Assembly: GCA_963727775.1 (NCBI GenBank) | Contig: CAVSHB010000001.1 | Location: forward strand, 288,001-352,000 | From: an uncultured Nitrospiraceae bacterium | GTDB taxonomy: Bacteria; Nitrospirota; Thermodesulfovibrionia; Thermodesulfovibrionales; SM23-35 | Length of the DNA: 64,000 nt | Direction: 5' to 3' | In this document: in pieces, positions 10,402-22,887 of the stretch | How the letters are laid out: each line of letters starts with the position of its first letter | How positions within the stretch are numbered: position 1 is the first letter of the stretch | Notes under the pieces: model-generated | Seen by the model: the letters and a program-made list of their open reading frames with translations, nothing else | The model's database searches: none | Told to the model about the DNA's origin: nothing | Translations under genes and position numbers: made by a program

Positions 10402-10800
10402 CTAAAATGGTTCTAAATCAGTGGTTTCTTCAGGCGGAATGATATCCCCTTCTCCGCCAAAGGCGGCATCCTGAGTACCCCCTCTCCTTGAGAGGAATCT
10501 TACGGATTGCGCGACCACCTCGAACTTGCTCTTCTGCTGGCCGTTCGATTCCCATCTCCTCTCCTGGAGCCTTCCCTCTACAAGCACTGAACTTCCTTTA
10601 TTGAGATATTTGCTGCACGACTCCGCCTGCTTACCGAAAACGACGTTGTCTATAAATAATGTTTCCTGCTTCATCTCATCGGACTGCTTATATTTGGAAT
10701 TGACCGCGATCCTGAAAGAGGCCACAGGCGTTCCCTGTGGAGTGTATCTGAGCTCGGGGTCCTTTGTAAGGTTGCCGATGAGTATTATTTTGTTGTACAC
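10402..10800 (-). CDS. ssb: Single-stranded DNA-binding protein
   Basis: NKIILIGNLTKDPELRYT; acidic C-terminus ending EPF; rpsF-ssb-rpsR order. Confidence 0.97.
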   Translation of the reverse strand: MYNKIILIGNLTKDPELRYTPQGTPVASFRIAVNSKYKQSDEMKQETLFIDNVVFGKQAESCSKYLNKGSSVLVEGRLQERRWESNGQQKSKFEVVAQSVRFLSRRGGTQDAAFGGEGDIIPPEETTDLEPF

Positions 10801-11157
10801 CTAAGCCTCGGCTTTTTGCTCCGGGGCCTGTTCAGTAGCGGCCTCGGCCTTTTCAAGGCTTTTCACCTGTTTGGCCTCAAGTTTTATGACCATATATTTT
10901 AATACAGAGTCAAAGACTTTATAGAACTCCTCCAGCTTTCTTATTGTAACGGCCGGCGTTTTATAGAACAGAAGCACATACAATCCCTTTTTCTGTTTCT
11001 TAATCTCGTATGCAAGCTTCCTCCTGCCCCAGACGTCCACTTTCAGGACCTCTCCGCCCTGACCCGTGATGACCTCTTTGATTTTCGCAACAGCAGCCTC
11101 GGCTTCTTCGTCGGATATGGCTGCGTTCAGAATGACCATATTTTCGTATATATTCAT
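10801..11157 (-). CDS. rpsF: 30S ribosomal protein S6
   Basis: YENMVIL and WGRRKLAYEIKK motifs. Confidence 0.97.
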   Translation of the reverse strand: MNIYENMVILNAAISDEEAEAAVAKIKEVITGQGGEVLKVDVWGRRKLAYEIKKQKKGLYVLLFYKTPAVTIRKLEEFYKVFDSVLKYMVIKLEAKQVKSLEKAEAATEQAPEQKAEA

Positions 11158-11289
11158 CGAACTTTCTCCTGGAAATTATTTTATTCTTTATAGAAATCTA
11201 AATTTTATACCATAATAAACAGAATAAAATCAACATATTTGCCATTTTCGCAGTATTTCGGAATAAAAAAACCGCAAAAGATCGCTTTA

Positions 11290-11340
11290 TGGAAATTCCG
11301 GAGTACTTCGGACTGGCGTTCCGATTTAGTTCGGACACTA
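11290..11340. repeat. IS21-like terminal repeat remnant
   Basis: Starts TG; TTCCG-N6-TTCGGAC repeated at a 23-bp period. Confidence 0.45.
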
Positions 11341-11787
11341 TCCAGACCGCCTTAGATATCGTAGCTATCTTATGGCTCGGAAGACAATCCAATTGGCCCC
11401 AAACACAGGAGTACAACTACGAACAAACGTTTTCAGAGGTTCTGAAATTTTCTTACCTTCTTCATCTACTACGCACCAGAGTGATTTTTTATTAGATGTT
11501 ATGTGCACCTAATAACCATCACCGCGGCAAGTTCTCCGATTGTGTTTGTTTCCGGTAAAATGTGTTAAAAATCGTTAGCGTGTTTCATCCCATACTCTTC
11601 ACGGACCAGTTGACTTAAGAAACTTTTTTACAGCAGTGTTGCACAGATAGCAGCCTATTGTTCTGCAAAAGATTACGCCCCGGAGAACGAAAAGCTTACG
11701 GATTTCATGATTTTGAATGCTTCTCATTAATCATTAAAAATGCTTGCACATATAGCAACTAACCTGTAAAGAACCTAAGCAATATGA

Positions 11788-13160
<1,373 letters not shown>

Positions 13161-13164
<4 letters not shown>

Positions 13165-13565
13165 GGGATTCATTATTCACTTTCAGGATGGTAACCCCTC
13201 CGAAAATAATCGAGAAACGGGTGAAGGCTATCAGGCTGAAAGACGAATCTGGATTTTTTGGGATAATGAAAGGGCATATTAATTTCGTAACTGCCATTGA
13301 GCCGTCCCTCTGCTATTATCTTGATGAGAACGACAGGGAGGTGTTTCTTGCAGTTGATGGAGGGATAGTTAGTATTAAAGGGGGTATGGTGACTATGACC
13401 TCCCGTGAAATATTTGAAAGCGATGATGCTGAAAAACTGGCTGAAATTATCGATAATACAATGGTAAAAAGGGATTCTTCCGAACGTTCTTTTCTCAATA
13501 TGATTAAAGGTATTGAACAATCTTTTATGGAAAAGACTCTTGAATTGATAAAGAGTGGGTCGTGA
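13161..13565 (+). CDS. atpC: ATP synthase epsilon subunit
   Basis: GFFGIMKGH and AVDGG motifs; operon position. Confidence 0.88.
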
Positions 13566-13846
13566 TGGAAGATAAAAAATTTTCTAAAGATATCGGGAAA
13601 TCTGCTAAGGAACTGATGGAAGCCAGAAAGGAGAGAGGCACATTCTGGCACTATGCCTATATTCTTGGTGTTGGCGGCTGGCTACTCGCGCTACCCATTG
13701 TTGGAGGGGCCTATCTCGGAAAATATCTGGACAAGAAAATGGGCGGAAGCGGCAGGATATCATGGACAATTACCCTTATCATAATCGGTATTGCAGTTGG
13801 CTTCTATAATCTCTGGTGCACCTTTATGAAGAGAGCTCAGAAATGA
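13562..13846 (+). CDS. atpQ: AtpZ/AtpQ (gene 1) family protein
   Basis: GW...PIVGGAYLGKYLD, two TMs, N-ATPase operon position. Confidence 0.8.
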   Translation: MMEDKKFSKDIGKSAKELMEARKERGTFWHYAYILGVGGWLLALPIVGGAYLGKYLDKKMGGSGRISWTITLIIIGIAVGFYNLWCTFMKRAQK

Positions 13847-14508
13847 AAGCCCTGAATGTTTTTCCGGAAAAGGTATTTTCCATGGGGCCTGTGCAGGTAA
13901 CTGATACTGTTATCACAACATGGTTTGTAATGGCTGTCATAATCGCAATCTGTTATCTGTTTACAAGGAGATTGTCCATACAACCGTCTATTGGTCAGGA
14001 GATCCTGGAGGGTATTTTTGAGGCCATAGAAAAGACAGTGAGAGAGATTCTTCCCATAGATCCATGGCTTGTTATCCCGGTTTTAGGAACCCTCTGGATC
14101 ATGATAGGCTTTTCAAATCTTATCGGCATTCTGCCCATGGTGAAAACACCGACTGCCGATCTGAATACGACATTTGCCTTTGCCGTAATATCCTACTCCA
14201 TGACGCATGTCTTTGGGATAGCAACACAAGGGCTGAAAGAATATATTTCTCATTACAAGGAGCCAACGTGGATATTGTTTCCTTTTCATCTGATAGCGGA
14301 GGTTACCAGGACAATAGCACTTGCAGTTAGGCTGTTTGGCAATATGCTAAGCGGGGATATGATCGCATTGATACTTCTCGGCATAGTCGGATTTCTTGTC
14401 CCGGTGCCTTTTAATCTGCTGCATATTGTTATTGGGATTATACAGGCTTACATATTTGGGGTTTTAACATTGGTGTTCATAGCTGGAGGAATACGGTCAC
14501 AACCATAA
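13843..14508 (+). CDS. atpB: Fo subunit a
   Basis: PTADLNTT, LAVRLFGNM and IQAYIF motifs. Confidence 0.95.
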   Translation: MKALNVFPEKVFSMGPVQVTDTVITTWFVMAVIIAICYLFTRRLSIQPSIGQEILEGIFEAIEKTVREILPIDPWLVIPVLGTLWIMIGFSNLIGILPMVKTPTADLNTTFAFAVISYSMTHVFGIATQGLKEYISHYKEPTWILFPFHLIAEVTRTIALAVRLFGNMLSGDMIALILLGIVGFLVPVPFNLLHIVIGIIQAYIFGVLTLVFIAGGIRSQP

Positions 14509-14521
14509 AAGGAGGCTTCAT

Positions 14522-14788
14522 ATGGATGGATTAACGGTCATTATAGTTGTCTCAATACTCTCTGCTGGTCTTGCCATAGCAATCGGCGGCTATGGTCCTG
14601 CAAGAGCACTTGGTGAGTCACTCTCGAAAGCCCTTGATTCGATAGCACGACAGCCTGAGGCATCTACATCGATTATGAAGACGCTTTTTGTCGGAATGGC
14701 TTTGATAGAATCAATTGCCATCTATGCTTTCGTCATAGCACTGATTATCCTTTTTGCAAACCCGCTAATCGGGTATGTCGTAAAATGA
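14522..14788 (+). CDS. atpE: Fo subunit c
   Basis: ARQPE loop, ESIAIY. Confidence 0.95.
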   Translation: MDGLTVIIVVSILSAGLAIAIGGYGPARALGESLSKALDSIARQPEASTSIMKTLFVGMALIESIAIYAFVIALIILFANPLIGYVVK

Positions 14789-15525
14789 AATTCGATATCT
14801 GGACATTTTTTTTTCAGGTAATAAACTTTCTTGTTCTGCTCTTCATCCTTAAGCGGGTTTTGTATAAACCGATACGGGAGATTATAGAGAGGCGGAGAAG
14901 TCTTATCCAGCAACGCATCGAAGACGCAGAGAAAACAAAAAAGGAAGCCTTGAACTTAAAGGAGAACTATCAGCATGAGATGGACAAACTGCGTGAACTC
15001 AAATCCCAGATGCTCGAAAAGATGAATGAGGAAGTCGAGCAGGAGAGAAAAAAACTGATAGGCAGGGCTAAAGAGGAAGCATCAAGGGTTATTGAGAAAG
15101 AAAAAGCTGTGTTCGATACAGAAAAAGCAAGGCACGACGCTGAGTTGAAGGATAAGGCGATTGAAGCTGTTACGATCTTTGCAATAAATCTCTTAAAGGG
15201 TGTTTCAGATGAGAATCTCCATAAGGCCATATATGAAAAGCTTTTCAGGGAGCTCCAGGGAATAGCTTCTCATATGGCGGAGATAAAGGGAAAGGACAGG
15301 CCACTGACCGTGGATTTGGTCACAGCATATCCACTCAGTGAGACTGAGACAAGAAAGTTCCGGAAATCAATTGAATCTATTCTTTCTCAGAGTGTTGTTC
15401 TCAATACAACAATTGATGCATCCCTCATAGCGGGTGCTAAAGTTAAGTTTTATGATATGGTGTATGACTTATCACTGTTAGGTCAGATAAAGAAACTTGC
15501 CTTGAAGCTGAAAGAGACTGTCTGA
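14785..15525 (+). CDS. atpF: Fo subunit b with delta-like C-terminal extension
   Basis: FQVINFLVL TM, coiled coil, DASLIAG C-terminal domain. Confidence 0.9.
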   Translation: MKFDIWTFFFQVINFLVLLFILKRVLYKPIREIIERRRSLIQQRIEDAEKTKKEALNLKENYQHEMDKLRELKSQMLEKMNEEVEQERKKLIGRAKEEASRVIEKEKAVFDTEKARHDAELKDKAIEAVTIFAINLLKGVSDENLHKAIYEKLFRELQGIASHMAEIKGKDRPLTVDLVTAYPLSETETRKFRKSIESILSQSVVLNTTIDASLIAGAKVKFYDMVYDLSLLGQIKKLALKLKETV

Positions 15526-17022
15526 ATGGAAAAAGAGATAATCAGTTTTTTTGAGAAGATAAAAGAGACGGTAATGAAAACAGACCTTTCCGTTGAGATA
15601 TCTCAAGAAGGCAAGGTGCTTTCTGTTGGAGACGGAATTGTGAAGGTCTCCGGTCTTCGGGATGCAAAGCTCTATGAACTGATAGAACTTGAAAGTGGTG
15701 ATAAAGGCATTGTCTTTGACCTGGATGCTGAAAGTATCGGCATTGTCCTGCTTACCGAGCAGAACGGAATAAAGGCTGGAGATGGGGCTTACAAGACGGA
15801 GCAGATTGTTTCTGTGCCTGCAGGAGAAGGCCTTCTGGGCAGGGTGCTCGATGCTATCGGCAATCCTCTTGATGGAGGTCCTAAATCAGAACATAGTGCA
15901 TACTATCCTGTGGAAAGAGAGGCTCCTTCACTCCTGCAGAGGGATTTCATAACCCAACCGCTCTATACCGGCATTAAGCTTATCGACGCCATGCTACCCA
16001 TAGGCAGGGGACAGAGAGAATTAATAATCGGCGATCCTTCAATAGGGAAAACCGCCGTAGCTGTAGACACTATTATCAATCAGAGGAGTTCTGATGTCAT
16101 CTCAATTTATGTTGCTATAGGACAGAATATATCACACATCCTTAAGATCATCGAAGAGATACAGAAATATGGAAATTTCTCAAAGACCATATTTGTAGTT
16201 GCCGATGCCTCAGATTCCTTAGGACTTCAATATATAGCTCCTTACAGCGCCACTGCCATCGCAGAGTATTTCCTTGATAAAGGTAGGGATGTCCTCATTG
16301 TTTATGATGATCTTACCAAACATGCAGAGGCATACCGTTCATTGAGCCTTCTCCTGAAAAGACCACCGGGCAGGGAGGCTTTCCCAGGAGACATATTCTT
16401 TATTCACTCCAGACTCCTCGAAAGGTCTGCTAAATTGAACCAGAAATCGGGTGGCGGTTCTCTAACCGCCCTTCCCATAGTCGAAACACAGCAGGGCAGA
16501 ATATCATCTTATATACCAACAAATATTATCTCAATAACCGATGGACAGATATATCTGGACACCCTATTATTCAACAAAGGTATCCGTCCTCCCATCGATG
16601 TAGGGAAATCAGTATCAAGAATAGGCGGCAAGGCTCAGGTTGAAGCCATGAAGAAGGTAGCAGAAAGACTCAAGATAGATTACTCGCGATTTGCAGAAGT
16701 GGAAGTATTTACTAAATTCGGGGCACATCTTGAGGACGAAACAGCAAAACTCATCAAGCGCGGAGAACGTATGAGGGAGGTACTCAAACAACCTCGGTTT
16801 CATACCTTTACACTTTCAGCCATGGTATTGAGTTTCATTATTTTGGAATCAGGCATACTCGATGCTGTTGCTACTGCTTCGGTGGGAAAAGCCTATATGG
16901 AAATTCTGAACAGGACATTGACTGCACATGCAGAACTGATAAATAAAATCGATCAGGAAGGAAGGCTTACAGATAAGGATATCGAAATGCTGAAAAAATC
17001 CATCACTGCTGTTGAGATTTAG
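15526..17022 (+). CDS. atpA: F1 alpha subunit
   Basis: GRGQRELIIGD, RPPGREAFPGD and SITDGQI motifs. Confidence 0.96.
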   Translation: MEKEIISFFEKIKETVMKTDLSVEISQEGKVLSVGDGIVKVSGLRDAKLYELIELESGDKGIVFDLDAESIGIVLLTEQNGIKAGDGAYKTEQIVSVPAGEGLLGRVLDAIGNPLDGGPKSEHSAYYPVEREAPSLLQRDFITQPLYTGIKLIDAMLPIGRGQRELIIGDPSIGKTAVAVDTIINQRSSDVISIYVAIGQNISHILKIIEEIQKYGNFSKTIFVVADASDSLGLQYIAPYSATAIAEYFLDKGRDVLIVYDDLTKHAEAYRSLSLLLKRPPGREAFPGDIFFIHSRLLERSAKLNQKSGGGSLTALPIVETQQGRISSYIPTNIISITDGQIYLDTLLFNKGIRPPIDVGKSVSRIGGKAQVEAMKKVAERLKIDYSRFAEVEVFTKFGAHLEDETAKLIKRGERMREVLKQPRFHTFTLSAMVLSFIILESGILDAVATASVGKAYMEILNRTLTAHAELINKIDQEGRLTDKDIEMLKKSITAVEI

Positions 17023-17024
17023 GT

Positions 17025-17867
17025 ATGCCATACTCTGAAGATGTCGAAAAAAAGATTAAATCCTTATATACCATAGAGGATATCATTGGTGCTATGAAGG
17101 CCTATGCGGGAGTAACCATAAGAAAGACAGAACAGATTGTTCCGAACGTCAGGGAGTATGAAAAAAATGTCCTTTCTGCTATGTCAGATCTGATCGTCAA
17201 TTATCCTGATCTGTTATTGTCAAAAAGGAACGGAGAGAAAAGGATTATAGTAGCCTTCGGCTCTTCCCAGGGGTTATGCGGAGCATATAATGAAAAAGTC
17301 GCTGATGCCGTTGTTGAAGTGATCAGAGACAAAGATGTCTTGTTTGTTATTGGAAGAAGACTCACATCATCTTTGCTATTAAGGCATATAGCCTTTGCGA
17401 ATTATAGTGATTCGGTATTGAGCATCAGCGGTATACAGGCTGCATTAGAAAGAACCATTGTTGAGTTAATGGATATCTACAGGAAGAAGGAGTTTTATAA
17501 TCTTACTTTTATTTTTACATCTGTTTTCGAAAACAAGGCACAGGTTGCCATAGAGCAGATACTGCCACCCGATATTGACAGAATGCTTGCTATGGGTCCG
17601 AATAATATAACACCCTTCACCTACCTTAATACAGAGGTTATTTTTGAAAGGGCTTTGGAAGAACTCCTTTATATCAGCTTTTATCGTTGCTATGCAGAAT
17701 CTTTGCGGAGCGAGAATTGGTATCGCCTTAGGAGCATGGAGGGCGCTTCGGATATATTAAGAAAGCATATTAGTGAACTCAGTTCTCTACAAAAATATAT
17801 CAGGCAGGAAGAGATAACAGAGGAGATGCTCGAGATATTGGGCAGTGGAATGTTCTACGGGCAATAA
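17025..17867 (+). CDS. atpG: F1 gamma subunit
   Basis: GLCGAYN and RQEEITEEMLEI motifs. Confidence 0.92.
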   Translation: MPYSEDVEKKIKSLYTIEDIIGAMKAYAGVTIRKTEQIVPNVREYEKNVLSAMSDLIVNYPDLLLSKRNGEKRIIVAFGSSQGLCGAYNEKVADAVVEVIRDKDVLFVIGRRLTSSLLLRHIAFANYSDSVLSISGIQAALERTIVELMDIYRKKEFYNLTFIFTSVFENKAQVAIEQILPPDIDRMLAMGPNNITPFTYLNTEVIFERALEELLYISFYRCYAESLRSENWYRLRSMEGASDILRKHISELSSLQKYIRQEEITEEMLEILGSGMFYGQ

Positions 17868-18146
17868 GCATAGGCATGTCGAAATACCCGGCGTATTGCC
17901 CACGGGACACCATGAGCATCACATGCAAATGTCAGTTTCGAAGCGGTTCATTTATCAAATTGATGTTCATCTTGTTTTCCCAGCCAAAAGACTCAGCTAT
18001 GCGGCCAGATAGGGTATCAGGGCAAGATCATTCTCACGAGCTTTATGGTCGAAGTGGAATGACAGAGAATCGCCGTCTCTTTCTCTAATCGCAGGAACGA
18101 CCTCTACCGTCATCCGAAAAACCGTTGACCTACTTACTTATTATAA

Positions 18147-19767
18147 CCCAAAAAATGCAGTTGACCTAAAATAATATCCCCAAAGAAATTCTCCTTTCGT
18201 ATTAGAATCAATAGGTTTGACCGACCATCAACTCTAAACGAAAGGAGAATAGAAATATGCAGTCAAAATGTAGCACAAACATTGAAATAAATAAAGTGAG
18301 GATTGGATTTACGGAGAAGAAGCTGACTGCATATGGGGGCTTCAGTTTATTGGCGGCATTCTTTGAAAAGGTCAAATTGAGAGGGATATTGCAAGAGGTG
18401 ATTCCGGTCCATGAGAGTTCGCCCAATGGAATGGGGATATACAGCAAGGTATTGGCGTACATACTTCTGATCTATGCGGGAGGCAGCAGGTTTTCTCATC
18501 TGCTTTATCTTGGCTGGCAGGAGATTTTCACTGATCTTTTTGCAGTGAAGAGGCTTCCTCTAGCCTCGACGACATTGGGCAGGCTTTTCAGGAAGATCAG
18601 GAAACTGAAGGATGTGGAAGAGATGTCGGAGGGGTTATGGGGATACTTGAAGAAATTGATTCCCTGGGAGGAGCTCAAAGAGGACTGGTTGACGTTTGAT
18701 TCTACAGTCCTTGAGAGATACGGCAAACAGGAGGGGGCAAAGAGGGGATATAACCCGAAGAAGAAGGGCCGTGGTAGCCACAGCCCGCTTCTGGCATTTC
18801 TGAACAAGAGCAAATATGTGGTGCATCTGTGGAATCGTCCGGGCAATGTGATGTCATGGAATAATATCATTGGATTTTTCGAGTCCACATGGCAGAGGAT
18901 CAGCGAGCATATTGATATTAAGGGTGTTATTGCGGACAGCGGATTTTATCTCAGGGAATTTATCGAGCTTTTGGAGCGGAGAAAATTAATCTATATCATA
19001 GCCGCTCGTCTGTACCATCCTTTGCAGAGAATGGTTTATGCACAACAAAATTGGCAGCAGATAGAGGATGGAATATGGATCACGGAGTTTCTTTTTCAGC
19101 ATGCGGATTGGATAACCGACAGGAGATTCATTGCAGTTCGGCAGGATATAAAGAAGAGACCGCACGCGATGGGAAAGGAGCTGTCTCTCTTTGGAGATGA
19201 GTTTGATACAGGTAACTATCGTTATAGCGTATGGATAACCAATTCGCATGATCCTGCATATGAGGTATGGAAGCAGTGCAGGCCGAGGGCAAACGATGAA
19301 AACACTATCAAGGAACTGAAAGAGGATTTTGCGCTTGGTGGGTTCTCGATGAAGTATTTCTATTCAACAGAGGCGGCGATGCTTATCCGGGTATTCATCT
19401 ACAATCTGTTTGTCCTGTTTCGACATCAGATACTGGGGCAGCAAGAAAAGATAGAACGCTTGAAGACCTTGCGGTATAAGTATTTTGTACTCCCCGCTCA
19501 TTTGGGATGGGATGGCAGGAAGCCTGTATTGCGAATATCCGTCTTTACGCAGAAAGTACGATCAAAACTGTTATACCTCTTTAACCGCATAGGACAATAC
19601 TTTCCGCCCGGTATCGGTATTTGCACTGCAGTTGGAAGATGACAATAAAATTCAAAAGGAGATGTGCCAAGAAACAGTGCAAAGATTAGCTTTGCTAACG
19701 CTAATTCCGATAATGCCTTGATGGGCTTGTATCTACAGGTATGTCTTTTCTATCTGCACTTTTCGGG
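18147..19767 (+). mobile_element. IS1380-family element
   Basis: Terminal inverted repeats CCCAAAAAATGCAG / CTGCACTTTTCGGG flanking a transposase. Confidence 0.85.
18257..19642 (+). CDS. IS1380-family DDE transposase
   Basis: LTAYGG, FDSTV, ADSGF and RANDENTIKELK motifs. Confidence 0.88.
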   Translation: MQSKCSTNIEINKVRIGFTEKKLTAYGGFSLLAAFFEKVKLRGILQEVIPVHESSPNGMGIYSKVLAYILLIYAGGSRFSHLLYLGWQEIFTDLFAVKRLPLASTTLGRLFRKIRKLKDVEEMSEGLWGYLKKLIPWEELKEDWLTFDSTVLERYGKQEGAKRGYNPKKKGRGSHSPLLAFLNKSKYVVHLWNRPGNVMSWNNIIGFFESTWQRISEHIDIKGVIADSGFYLREFIELLERRKLIYIIAARLYHPLQRMVYAQQNWQQIEDGIWITEFLFQHADWITDRRFIAVRQDIKKRPHAMGKELSLFGDEFDTGNYRYSVWITNSHDPAYEVWKQCRPRANDENTIKELKEDFALGGFSMKYFYSTEAAMLIRVFIYNLFVLFRHQILGQQEKIERLKTLRYKYFVLPAHLGWDGRKPVLRISVFTQKVRSKLLYLFNRIGQYFPPGIGICTAVGR

Positions 19768-19971
19768 TTAATAAATAAAGTGACACCTTCAAAAAAATCC
19801 CTCTTGGGTACAGCGAGCGTCAAGTTGATTCAAGGAAGCTCTCAAAGTCATCTGTTCCATAGGCTGTTTGCTAAAAAATTATCGGCCGTTGTTATGCAAG
19901 AAATAATTATGATAATCTTGAACAGCAAGATTCTTATGCGGCCCAAAGGTCAAAGAAAGGAATAGTCTATT

Positions 19972-20871
19972 ATGAAAATTGTGTCTCTCCTGAGATTTGT
20001 CTTTCTGTCGGTGTCGATGGTCCTTTCACCGTATGTTGCGCATGCCATTTCAGGCGTCTATGAATATCAGAGCAGCACTTCGGTGATAGGCTCTATCACG
20101 ACTTGTCGGACAAAGGAAAACGAATCGCTTATAGAACTGGCCAGAAAAGTCGACATCGGATATAAGGCGATAACGGACGCGAATCCCCTCTTGGACCCCT
20201 TCGTTCCGGGAACCGATGCCCTCGTTACCATACCATCTGCGTGGATACTGCCTGATGTCGAATCCTATGATGGCATCGTCATTAATATTTCAGAATTGCG
20301 CCTCTATTATTTCACAAAACGGGGAAGCTTACGGTTGGTGAGGATATTCCCTATCGGAACAGGTAGCGAAGGCCACGATAGCCCGCCAGGCAAATACCGT
20401 GTGGTTGAAAAAATTGTGAAGCCCGCCTGGCATGTGCCTGAATCCATAAGAGAGGAAAATCCTGACCTGCCTAAAGTAGTCCAGCCCGGGCCTGATAACC
20501 CTCTCGGTTCTCACGCACTGAGACTCTCCGCAGGCGATATTCTCATTCACGGCACAAACAAACCATGGGGTGTTGGCAGGAGGGTCAGCCACGGCTGCAT
20601 ACGAATGTATCCGGAAGATATTTCCAGATTTTTTCCCATGGTGCCCATGGGCACAAAAGTGACAATTGTCCGGCAGCCCGTCAAAGTCGGCCTGCGAGAC
20701 GCCAGGGCGTACCTGGAGGTACATAATGATGAATTCGACAAAGATTCGGACTACCTTGCAACGGCCCAGACATTGCTGGCTAAAAAAGGTCTCCTAAAAA
20801 ACGTTAACTCGGAAAAGCTCTATCGCGCGATCCAGGAAAAACTAGGTATGCCGATCGATATTTCCGAATGA
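19972..20871 (+). CDS. L,D-transpeptidase (ErfK/YcfS/YnhG family)
   Basis: Signal peptide, PGPDNPLG, IHGTN, SHGCIRM. Confidence 0.93.
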   Translation: MKIVSLLRFVFLSVSMVLSPYVAHAISGVYEYQSSTSVIGSITTCRTKENESLIELARKVDIGYKAITDANPLLDPFVPGTDALVTIPSAWILPDVESYDGIVINISELRLYYFTKRGSLRLVRIFPIGTGSEGHDSPPGKYRVVEKIVKPAWHVPESIREENPDLPKVVQPGPDNPLGSHALRLSAGDILIHGTNKPWGVGRRVSHGCIRMYPEDISRFFPMVPMGTKVTIVRQPVKVGLRDARAYLEVHNDEFDKDSDYLATAQTLLAKKGLLKNVNSEKLYRAIQEKLGMPIDISE

Positions 20872-20986
20872 TTATGAAAAAAGCCCTACTCTACGCATTA
20901 TCCTGTGCTTCCAAGTCTTATTATTTCTTGACATGTTAACCGCAATATTTAAGACTTCATCTTTACACATCTAGGCGAGGACTTCA

Positions 20987-21163
20987 ATGCACAGACAGCG
21001 CATCGGTCACATCCGAGTGAGCCCCTTTGAACAAAATATAGCTCGTCAGCTTGACAATATCGCCTTAGATAAAGTGTTCTCGGACAAAGCCTATGGGAAG
21101 GACACTCGACGACCAGAGCTTGAAGCTCTAATGCAATTTGTTAGGCAATGGGATACTAGTTGA
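20987..21163 (+). pseudogene. Tn3-family (Tn21/Tn501-like) resolvase N-terminal fragment
   Basis: MHRQRIGHIRVSPFEQNIARQL...DKAYGKDTRRPELEALMQFVR; truncated at 58 aa. Confidence 0.75.
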
Positions 21164-21240
21164 TATAATAAATCAAGCTTCGGATATTTTTGGAATGAAG
21201 TGTAGTCGTGAGAATGCTTGAGTGAGGATGGTATACCCTG

Positions 21241-21476
21241 ATGGAACTAATGATGCGTGAGCCGTATGGAGGAGGAATATGGCTGTTCCTATTTCTCCTT
21301 TTCTGTACACTTATTGTTATCGGCATTATTTTGGTAATCGTGTGGATTGTGAGAAAGCATGGAAAACATACAAACAGCCCGCAGAAGAGACCGCCCTCGA
21401 CATCTTGAAGAAGGGACATGTCAGGAGAGAGATCAACAAGGAAGAATATGAGAGGATGAGAAAGGATGTCTTTTAG
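21241..21476 (+). pseudogene. Small TM + SHOCT domain protein, frameshifted
   Basis: TM segment in one frame, ETALDILKK...EINKEEYERMRKD in another. Confidence 0.6.
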
Positions 21477-21480
21477 GCTA

Positions 21481-22617
21481 GTGTAGTGTCCCACTAACGG
21501 CTTTACAATGAACGACCTTTTCCAAGATGGCATCGACCTTTTTCGTCCAGACAAACGGCTTGGGACTCTCGTTGTTGATCTGGATGAAGTCTTCTATTGC
21601 CGCAACAAGTTCCGAAACACTGCGAAAAACTCCACAGCGAATGCGTTTCCGTGTGATCTCTCCGAACCATCTCTCCACCAGATTCAACCATGAGGAACTG
21701 GTCGGCGTGAAATGAAGGTGAAATCGGGGATGTTTTTTCAGCCATGCTTTAACCTTGGGATGGTTGTGCGTACCATAATTATCCAGAATCATATGGACGC
21801 CCAATTCCGAGGGTACGGTGGCGTCGATCTGTCGCAGGAATTTCCGAAATTCGATGTTGCGATGCCTCGGATAACAGGAGCCAATAACTTTTCCCTCCAG
21901 CACATTCAACGCCGCGAACAGACACGTAGTGCCATTGCGCTTATAGTCATGGGTCATGGTTCGGCAGCGCCCTTTCTTCATCGGCAAGCCGGGTTGTGTC
22001 CGATCCAACGCTTGAACTTGGCTCTTCTCGTCAACACACAGCACCACCGCCTTGTCCGGCGGATTCAAGTACACTCCCACCACGTCCGTCAGTTTTTCAA
22101 CAAACCGCTTGTCCTTGGATAACTTGAATGTCTCAACGCGATGAGGCTGAAGACCGTGCGCGTCCCATATACGTTGCACCGTGGACTTGCCGACTCCCTG
22201 AGCCCTTGCCATCGAACGCACCGACCACTGCGTGGCATCGCGAGGTGTCGTGTGGAGAGTCGCTTCGACAATGGCCTTCACCCGGTCCGGCGGAAGAGCC
22301 TGTGGACTCGGGCCATGGGGTGCGTCCTCGGCCAATCCCATCGGTCCATGCTCTTCGAAACGTTTGCGCCATTGGATTACTGTCGGGCGGGAGGTGGACA
22401 GTTGGGCCGCGATAGCGTTGTTCGACAAGCCATCCGCCGCCAAAAGACAAATACTCGCTCGCAGTACTGCTCGCTGAGGGCTGGTCTTAGCCCGTTTCCA
22501 AGCTTCCAATGTCCTGCGCTGCTCTTTTGTCATCTCCAGAACTTCTGCTTTTTCCCACATGCCATATAGCTTACCATGACAACTAATCATTGTCCAGCTT
22601 TTAGTGGGACAGTACAC
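21481..22617 (-). mobile_element. IS630-family element with intact transposase
   Basis: 19/20 inverted repeat including TA flanks; CVDEK, LDNYGTH and SWLNLVERWF motifs. Confidence 0.92.
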
Positions 22618-22704
22618 TAGGAGCCTGTCAGACTTTCAAGATTTTTGGAAAGTCGATCTCCTGAGAAGCCCTAGAATCGCTTAGTAAATAAAGTCATTGC
22701 GACA

Positions 22705-22736
22705 CCACAGGGCGTTGACCCTGTGGGTAGCTGACA
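22705..22736. repeat. IS200/IS605-like terminal hairpin remnant
   Basis: CCACAGGG-CGTTGA-CCCTGTGG followed by GTAGCTGAC. Confidence 0.45.
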
Positions 22737-22887
22737 AGGACCTGTGCCAAGAGCACAGGGTGTTATTTTTTTTATAAAAGAGGAATATTGAACTGAAAAG
22801 ATCTCTCTTCTTGTATGAATTCATATCATGCACTCTACCAATGACATTGACAAAAGAATTTATAACCTATGAAATATATCGTACTAA